DNA of 64,000 bases from Eimeria praecox. Its lineage: Eukaryota. A model generated the notes under the pieces. That model saw only the letters and a list, made by a program, of their open reading frames with translations. It ran no database searches and was not told the DNA's origin. The position numbers and the translations under genes were made by a program. The stretch is taken from assembly GCA_963920595.1 (NCBI GenBank), contig OY986947.1, positions 310,001 to 374,000 of the forward strand. Reading direction: 5' to 3'. Below, in pieces: positions 55,800 through 64,000 of this stretch (within the stretch, counting starts at the first letter, position 1; every line of letters starts with the position of its first letter).

Positions 55800-58700
55800 T
55801 TGAGAGAGCCTAACCCTGTCCGCAATACCATACCCAATCGTCCAAATCATCATGCATCTAGCGTTCCCACCTCACCACGCACACTCGCGGAAACGCTCAA
55901 CTTCCAACACCCTCACACCCAGTGGCAAACGTGCCACAACACCACCGCCGAAAAAGAATGCAGACATACATTCACCAACCCCGTTCTAGACAGTTGATCG
56001 TATGTGCAACGTCTGACGGGAATTGCCGCCTCCAAGCTAGAGGCTCTTCCACTGTTTCGATACTACAATCACAACCACGTACCTCCTGCACAAGAAAAAA
56101 CAACGCGCGCAGCACAACTCCCTGATGAGCACGATTCTTGCATTCCTCACCTTGCTGCCCGTCGGTGCCGTCATGCATCCGCTCCCACCCAGCTCCACAC
56201 AACAGGCAGTAAAACCCATGATTCACAAACCAGCTCATTGAGAGAGCCTAACCCTCTCCGCAATACCATACCCAATCGTCCAAATCGTCATGCATCTAGC
56301 GTTCCCACCTCAACACGCACACCCGCGGAAACGCTCAACATGCAACACCCTCACACCCAGTGGCAAACGTGCCACAACACCACCGCCGAAAAAGAATGCA
56401 GACATACATTCACCAACCCCGCTCTAGACAGTTGATCGTATGTGCAACGTCTGACGGGAACTGCCACCGCCATCCTGGAGTCTCTTCCACAGTTTCGAAG
56501 TAGATCCACAACCACGCACTTCGTGCATACGAGAAACAACGCGCGCAGCACAACTCCCTGATAAGCACGATTCTTGCATTCCTCACCTTCCCGCCCGTCG
56601 GTGCTGTCATGAATCTGCTCCCACCCAGCTGCACACAACAGGCAGTGGAAACGATGATTCACAAACCAGCTCATTGAGAGAGCCTAACCCTGTCCGCAAT
56701 ACCATGCCCAATCGTCCAAATCATCATGCATCTAGCGTTCCCACCTCAACACGCACACCCGCGGAAACGCTCAACATGCAACACCCTCACACCCAGTGGC
56801 AAACGTGCCACAACACCACCGCCGAAAAAGAATGCAGACATACATTCACCAACCCCGCTCTAGACAGTTGATCGTATGTGCAACGTCTGACGGGAATTGC
56901 CGCCTCCAAGCTAGAGGCTCTTCCACTGTTTCGATACTACAATCACAACCACGTACCTCCTGCACAAGAAAAAACAACGCGCGCAGCACAACTCCCTGAT
57001 AAGCACGATTCTTGCATTCCTCACCTTGCCGCCCGTCGGTGCTGTCATGAATCCGCTCCCACCCAGCTCCACACAACAGGCAGTAAAACCCATGATTCAC
57101 AAACCAGCTCATTGAGAGAGCCTAACCCTGTCCGCAATACCATACCCAATCGTCCAAATCGTCATGCATCTAGCGTTCCCACCTCAACACGCACACCCGC
57201 GGAAACGCTCAACATGCAACACCCTCACACCCAGTGGCAAACGTGCCACAACACCACCGCCGAAAAAGAATGCAGACATACATTCACCAACCCCGCTCTA
57301 GACAGTTGATCGTATGTGCAACGTCTGACGGGAATTGCCGCCTCCAAGCTAGAGGCTCTTCCACTGTTTCGATACTACAATCACAACCACGTACCTGCTG
57401 CACAAGAAAAAACAACGCGCGCAGCACAACTCCCTGATAAGCACGATTCTTGCATTCCTCACCTTGCCGCCCGTCGGTGCTGTCATGAATCCGCTCCCAC
57501 CCAGCTCCACACAACAGGCAGTGGAAACGATGATTCACAAACCAGCTCATTGAGAGAGCCTAACCCTGTCCGCAATACCATGCCCAATCGTCCAAATCAT
57601 CATGCATCTAGCGTTCCCACCTCAACACGCACACCCGCGGAAACGCTCAACATGCAACACCCTCACACCCAGTGGCAAACGTGCCACAACACCAGCGCCG
57701 AAAAAGAATGCAGACATACATTCACCAACCCCGCTCTAGACAGTTGATCGTATGTGCAACGTCTGACGGGAATTGCCGCCTCCAAGCTAGAGGCTCTTCC
57801 ACTGTTTCGATACTACAATCACAACCACGTACCTCCTGCACAAGAAAAAACAACGCGCGCAGCACAACTCCCTGTTTAGCACGATTCTTGCATTCCTCAC
57901 CTTGCTGCCCGTCGGTGCTGTCATGAATCCGCTCCCACCCACCTCCACACAACAGGCAGTAAAACCCATGATTCACAAACCAGCTCATTGAGAGAGCCTA
58001 ACCCTGTCCGCAATACCATACCCAATCGTCCAAATCATCATGCATCTAGCGTTCCCACCTCACCACGCACACTCGCGGAAACGCTCAACTTCCAACACCC
58101 TCACACCCAGTGGCAAACGTGCCACAACACCACCGCCGAAAAAGAATGCAGACATACATTCACCAACCCCGTTCTAGACAGTTGATCGTATGTGCAACGT
58201 CTGACGGGAATTGCCGCCTCCAAGCTAGAGGCTCTTCCACTGTTTCGATACTACAATCACAACCACGTACCTGCTGCACAAGAAAAAACAACGCGCGCAG
58301 CACAACTCCCTGATGAGCACGATTCTTGCATTCCTCACCTTGCCGCCCGTTGGTGCTGTCATGAATCCGCTCCCACCCACCTCCACACAACAGGCAGTAA
58401 AACCCATGATTCACAAACCAGCTCATTGAGAGAGCCTAACCCTGTCCGCAATACCATACCCAATCGTCCAAATCATCATGCATCTAGCGTTCCCACCTCA
58501 ACACGCACACCCGCGGAAACGCTCAACATGCAACACCCTCACACCCAGTGGCAAACGTGCCACAACACCACCGCCGAAAAAGAATGCAGACATACATTCA
58601 CCAACCCCGCTCTAGACAGTTGATCGTATGTGCAACGTCTGACGGGAATTGCCGCCTCCAAGCTAGAGGCTCTTCCACTGTTTCGATACTACAATCACAA

Positions 58701-61700
58701 CCACGTACCTCCTGCACAAGAAAAAACAACGCGCGCAGCACAACTCCCTGATGAGCACGATTCTTGCATTCCTCACCTTGCTGCCCGTCGGTGCTGTCAT
58801 GAATCCGCTCCCACCCAGCTCCACACAACAGGCAGTAAAACCCATGATTCACAAACCAGCTCATTGAGAGAGCCTAACCCTGTCCGCAATACCATACCCA
58901 ATCGTCCAAATCATCATGCATCTAGCGTTCCCACCTCACCACGCACACTCGCGGAAACGCTCAACTTCCAACACCCTCACACCCAGTGGCAAACGTGCCA
59001 CAACACCACCGCCGAAAAAGAATGCAGACATACATTCACCAACCCCGTTCTAGACAGTTGATCGTATGTGCAACGTCTGACGGGAATTGCCGCCTCCAAG
59101 CTAGAGGCTCTTCCACTGTTTCGATACTACAATCACAACCACGTACCTCCTGCACAAGAAAAAACAACGCGCGCAGCACAACTCCCTGATGAGCACGATT
59201 CTTGCATTCCTCACCTTGCTGCCCGTCGGTGCCGTCATGCATCCGCTCCCACCCAGCTCCACACAACAGGCAGTAAAACCCATGATTCACAAACCAGCTC
59301 ATTGAGAGAGCCTAACCCTCTCCGCAATACCATACCCAATCGTCCAAATCGTCATGCATCTAGCGTTCCCACCTCAACACGCACACCCGCGGAAACGCTC
59401 AACATGCAACACCCTCACACCCAGTGGCAAACGTGCCACAACACCACCGCCGAAAAAGAATGCAGACATACATTCACCAACCCCGCTCTAGACAGTTGAT
59501 CGTATGTGCAACGTCTGACGGGAACTGCCACCGCCATCCTGGAGTCTCTTCCACAGTTTCGAAGTAGATCCACAACCACGCACTTCGTGCATACGAGAAA
59601 CAACGCGCGCAGCACAACTCCCTGATAAGCACGATTCTTGCATTCCTCACCTTCCCGCCCGTCGGTGCTGTCATGAATCTGCTCCCACCCAGCTGCACAC
59701 AACAGGCAGTGGAAACGATGATTCACAAACCAGCTCATTGAGAGAGCCTAACCCTGTCCGCAATACCATGCCCAATCGTCCAAATCATCATGCATCTAGC
59801 GTTCCCACCTCAACACGCACACCCGCGGAAACGCTCAACATGCAACACCCTCACACCCAGTGGCAAACGTGCCACAACACCACCGCCGAAAAAGAATGCA
59901 GACATACATTCACCAACCCCGCTCTAGACAGTTGATCGTATGTGCAACGTCTGACGGGAATTGCCGCCTCCAAGCTAGAGGCTCTTCCACTGTTTCGATA
60001 CTACAATCACAACCACGTACCTCCTGCACAAGAAAAAACAACGCGCGCAGCACAACTCCCTGATAAGCACGATTCTTGCATTCCTCACCTTGCCGCCCGT
60101 CGGTGCTGTCATGAATCCGCTCCCACCCAGCTCCACACAACAGGCAGTAAAACCCATGATTCACAAACCAGCTCATTGAGAGAGCCTAACCCTGTCCGCA
60201 ATACCATACCCAATCGTCCAAATCGTCATGCATCTAGCGTTCCCACCTCAACACGCACACCCGCGGAAACGCTCAACATGCAACACCCTCACACCCAGTG
60301 GCAAACGTGCCACAACACCACCGCCGAAAAAGAATGCAGACATACATTCACCAACCCCGCTCTAGACAGTTGATCGTATGTGCAACGTCTGACGGGAATT
60401 GCCGCCTCCAAGCTAGAGGCTCTTCCACTGTTTCGATACTACAATCACAACCACGTACCTGCTGCACAAGAAAAAACAACGCGCGCAGCACAACTCCCTG
60501 ATAAGCACGATTCTTGCATTCCTCACCTTGCCGCCCGTCGGTGCTGTCATGAATCCGCTCCCACCCAGCTCCACACAACAGGCAGTGGAAACGATGATTC
60601 ACAAACCAGCTCATTGAGAGAGCCTAACCCTGTCCGCAATACCATGCCCAATCGTCCAAATCATCATGCATCTAGCGTTCCCACCTCAACACGCACACCC
60701 GCGGAAACGCTCAACATGCAACACCCTCACACCCAGTGGCAAACGTGCCACAACACCAGCGCCGAAAAAGAATGCAGACATACATTCACCAACCCCGCTC
60801 TAGACAGTTGATCGTATGTGCAACGTCTGACGGGAATTGCCGCCTCCAAGCTAGAGGCTCTTCCACTGTTTCGATACTACAATCACAACTACGTACCTCC
60901 TGCACAAGAAAAAACAACGCGCGCAGCACAACTCCCTGATGAGCACGATTCTTGCATTCCTCACCTTGCCGCCCGTTGGTGCTGTCATGAATCCGCTCCC
61001 ACCCAGCTCCACACAACAGGCAGTAAAACCCATGATTCACAAACCAGCTCATTGAGAGAGCCTAACCCTCTCCGCAATACCATACCCAATCGTCCAAATC
61101 GTCATGCATCTAGCGTTCCCACCTCAACACGCACACCCGCGGAAACGCTCAACATGCAACACCCTCACACCCAGTGGCAAACGTGCCACAACACCACCGC
61201 CGAAAAAGAATGCAGACATACATTCACCAACCCCGCTCTAGACAGTTGATCGTATGTGCAACGTCTGACGGGAACTGCCACCGCCATCCTGGAGTCTCTT
61301 CCACAGTTTCGAAGTAGATCCACAACCACGCACTTCGTGCATACGAGAAACAACGCGCGCAGCACAACTCCCTGATAAGCACGATTCTTGCATTCCTCAC
61401 CTTCCCGCCCGTCGGTGCTGTCATGAATCTGCTCCCACCCAGCTGCACACAACAGGCAGTGGAAACGATGATTCACAAACCAGCTCATTGAGAGAGCCTA
61501 ACCCTGTCCGCAATACCATGCCCAATCGTCCAAATCATCATGCATCTAGCGTTCCCACCTCAACACGCACACCCGCGGAAACGCTCAACATGCAACACCC
61601 TCACACCCAGTGGCAAACGTGCCACAACACCACCGCCGAAAAAGAATGCAGACATACATTCACCAACCCCGCTCTAGACAGTTGATCGTATGTGCAACGT

Positions 61701-62800
61701 CTGACGGGAATTGCCGCCTCCAAGCTAGAGGCTCTTCCACTGTTTCGATACTACAATCACAACCACGTACCTCCTGCACAAGAAAAAACAACGCGCGCAG
61801 CACAACTCCCTGATAAGCACGATTCTTGCATTCCTCACCTTGCCGCCCGTCGGTGCTGTCATGAATCCGCTCCCACCCAGCTCCACACAACAGGCAGTAA
61901 AACCCATGATTCACAAACCAGCTCATTGAGAGAGCCTAACCCTGTCCGCAATACCATACCCAATCGTCCAAATCGTCATGCATCTAGCGTTCCCACCTCA
62001 ACACGCACACCCGCGGAAACGCTCAACATGCAACACCCTCACACCCAGTGGCAAACGTGCCACAACACCACCGCCGAAAAAGAATGCAGACATACATTCA
62101 CCAACCCCGCTCTAGACAGTTGATCGTATGTGCAACGTCTGACGGGAATTGCCGCCTCCAAGCTAGAGGCTCTTCCACTGTTTCGATACTACAATCACAA
62201 CCACGTACCTGCTGCACAAGAAAAAACAACGCGCGCAGCACAACTCCCTGATAAGCACGATTCTTGCATTCCTCACCTTGCCGCCCGTCGGTGCTGTCAT
62301 GAATCCGCTCCCACCCAGCTCCACACAACAGGCAGTGGAAACGATGATTCACAAACCAGCTCATTGAGAGAGCCTAACCCTGTCCGCAATACCATGCCCA
62401 ATCGTCCAAATCATCATGCATCTAGCGTTCCCACCTCAACACGCACACCCGCGGAAACGCTCAACATGCAACACCCTCACACCCAGTGGCAAACGTGCCA
62501 CAACACCAGCGCCGAAAAAGAATGCAGACATACATTCACCAACCCCGCTCTAGACAGTTGATCGTATGTGCAACGTCTGACGGGAATTGCCGCCTCCAAG
62601 CTAGAGGCTCTTCCACTGTTTCGATACTACAATCACAACTACGTACCTCCTGCACAAGAAAAAACAACGCGCGCAGCACAACTCCCTGATGAGCACGATT
62701 CTTGCATTCCTCACCTTGCCGCCCGTTGGTGCTGTCATGAATCCGCTCCCACCCAGCTCCACACAACAGGCAGTAAAACCCATGATTCACAAACCAGCTC
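55800..62800. repeat. Block of ~4 monomers present three times, at 3064-bp (7-mer) and 1750-bp (4-mer) spacing
   Basis: Matching ORFs at 56351/59415/61165, 56878/59942/61692, 57316/60380/62130 and 56004/59068. Confidence 0.85.
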
Positions 62801-64000
62801 ATTGAGAGAGCCTAACCCTGTCCGCAATACCATACCCAATCGTCCCAATCATCATGCATCTAGCGTTCCCACCTCAACACGCACACCCGCGGAAACGCTC
62901 AACATGCAACACCCTCACACCCAGTGGCAAACGTGCCACAACACCACCGCCGAAAATGAATGCAGACATACATTCACCAACCCCGCTCTAGACAGTTGAT
63001 CGTATGTGCAACGTCTGACGGGAATTGCCGCCTCCAAGCTAGAGGCTCTTCCACTGTTTCGATACTACAATCACAACCACGTACCTGCTGCACAAGAAAA
63101 AACAACGCGCGCAGCACAACTCCCTGATGAGCACGATTCTTGCATTCCTCACCTTGCTGCCCGTCGGTGCTGTCATGAATCCGCTCCCACCCACCTCCAC
63201 ACAACAGGCAGTAAAACCCATGATTCACAAACCAGCTCATTGAGAGAGCCTAACCCTGTCCGCAATACCATACCCAATCGTCCAAATCATCATGCATCTA
63301 GCGTTCCCACCTCAACACGCACACCCGCGGAAACGCTCAACATGCAACACCCTCACACCCAGTGGCAAACGTGCCACAACACCACCGCCGAAAATGAATG
63401 CAGACATACATTCACCAACCCCGCTCTAGACAGTTGATCGTATGTGCAACGTCTGACGGGAATTGCCGCCTCCAAGCTAGAGGCTCTTCCACTGTTTCGA
63501 TACTACAATCACAACCACGTACCTGCTGCACAAGAAAAAACAACGCGCGCAGCACAACTCCCTGATAAGCACGATTCTTGCATTCCTCACCTTGCTGCCC
63601 GTCGGTGCTGTCATGAATCCGCTCCCACCCAGCTCCACACAACAGGCAGTAAAACCCATGATTCACAAACCAGCTCATTGAGAGAGCCTTACCCTGTCCG
63701 CAATACCATACCCAATCGTCCAAATCATCATGCATCTAGCGTTCCCACCTCACCACGCACACTCGCGGAAACGCTCAACTTCCAACACCCTCACACCCAG
63801 TGGCAAACGTGCCACAACACCACCGCCGAAAAAGAATGCAGACATACATTCACCAACCCCGTTCTAGACAGTTGATCGTATGTGCAACGTCTGACGGGAA
63901 TTGCCGCCTCCAAGCTAGAGGCTCTTCCACTGTTTCGATACTACAATCACAACCACGTACCTCCTGCACAAGAAAAAACAACGCGCGCAGCACAACTCCC

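Larger units (their letters stand above)
1..64000. repeat. Tandem satellite DNA array, ~430-438 bp monomer, roughly 145 copies, single orientation
   Basis: Anchor motifs (gagagcctaaccctgtcc, tctgacgggaattgcc, ctgatgagcacgattcttgc, ccacacaacaggcagt) recur every ~430-438 bp across the window. ORF-track entries recur with the same period. Confidence 0.99.
20021..64000. repeat. Homogenised (young) satellite domain, ~100 copies of a 438-bp monomer
   Basis: ORF starts at 20104, 20542, 20980 and onward step by 438 bp with rare +1/-1/-2/-4 shifts. Diagnostic states are gacATACattc, gacagTtgatcg, gatACtacaatc, catgAatcc and attcACaaacc. Confidence 0.98.

Noticed and set aside
1..64000. Hundreds of 60-289 aa ORFs on both strands as protein-coding genes
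   Set aside because: They are overlapping frames of the same repeat, many with GTG/TTG starts. They show no recognisable domains, mostly nonsynonymous variation and free frameshifting in the old domain.
20021..64000. CRISPR array
   Set aside because: There is no alternation of short repeats with unique spacers, the entire 438 bp repeats, and no cas genes are present.
20021..64000. Tandem spliced-leader, 5S rRNA, tRNA or snRNA gene array (unit size is compatible)
   Set aside because: I could not find a kinetoplastid, nematode or dinoflagellate SL exon, 5S sequence or tRNA cloverleaf on either strand. A highly divergent RNA gene cannot be excluded without an Rfam search.
1..64000. Transposon, LTR, Helitron or inversion within the array
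   Set aside because: I found no terminal repeats, target-site duplications, coding remnants or reverse-orientation monomers. Every stretch I examined aligns to the monomer.

Overview
The whole 64-kb window is one head-to-tail tandem satellite array of a single repeat family. All copies lie in the same orientation, and I see no unique sequence, gene or transposon insertion. It has two domains. (1) 1-20020: about 46 diverged monomers of about 430 bp, with indels, truncated units, local subfamilies and a decayed higher-order repeat (HOR). (2) 20021-64000: about 100 highly homogenised 438-bp monomers organised into local 2-, 3-, 4-, 5- and 7-monomer duplications, running off the window end. One monomer counted by hand (20461-20898) has A127 C161 G73 T77, i.e. 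53% GC, an A+C-rich + strand and no CpG depletion. The hundreds of ORFs in the track are the same few frames of the repeat and are not credible genes. The architecture resembles a eukaryotic centromeric/pericentromeric or subtelomeric satellite. I cannot name the organism or the satellite family. I found no protein-coding system; what is interesting here is the array's structure and history, plus a possibly structured conserved sub-element.
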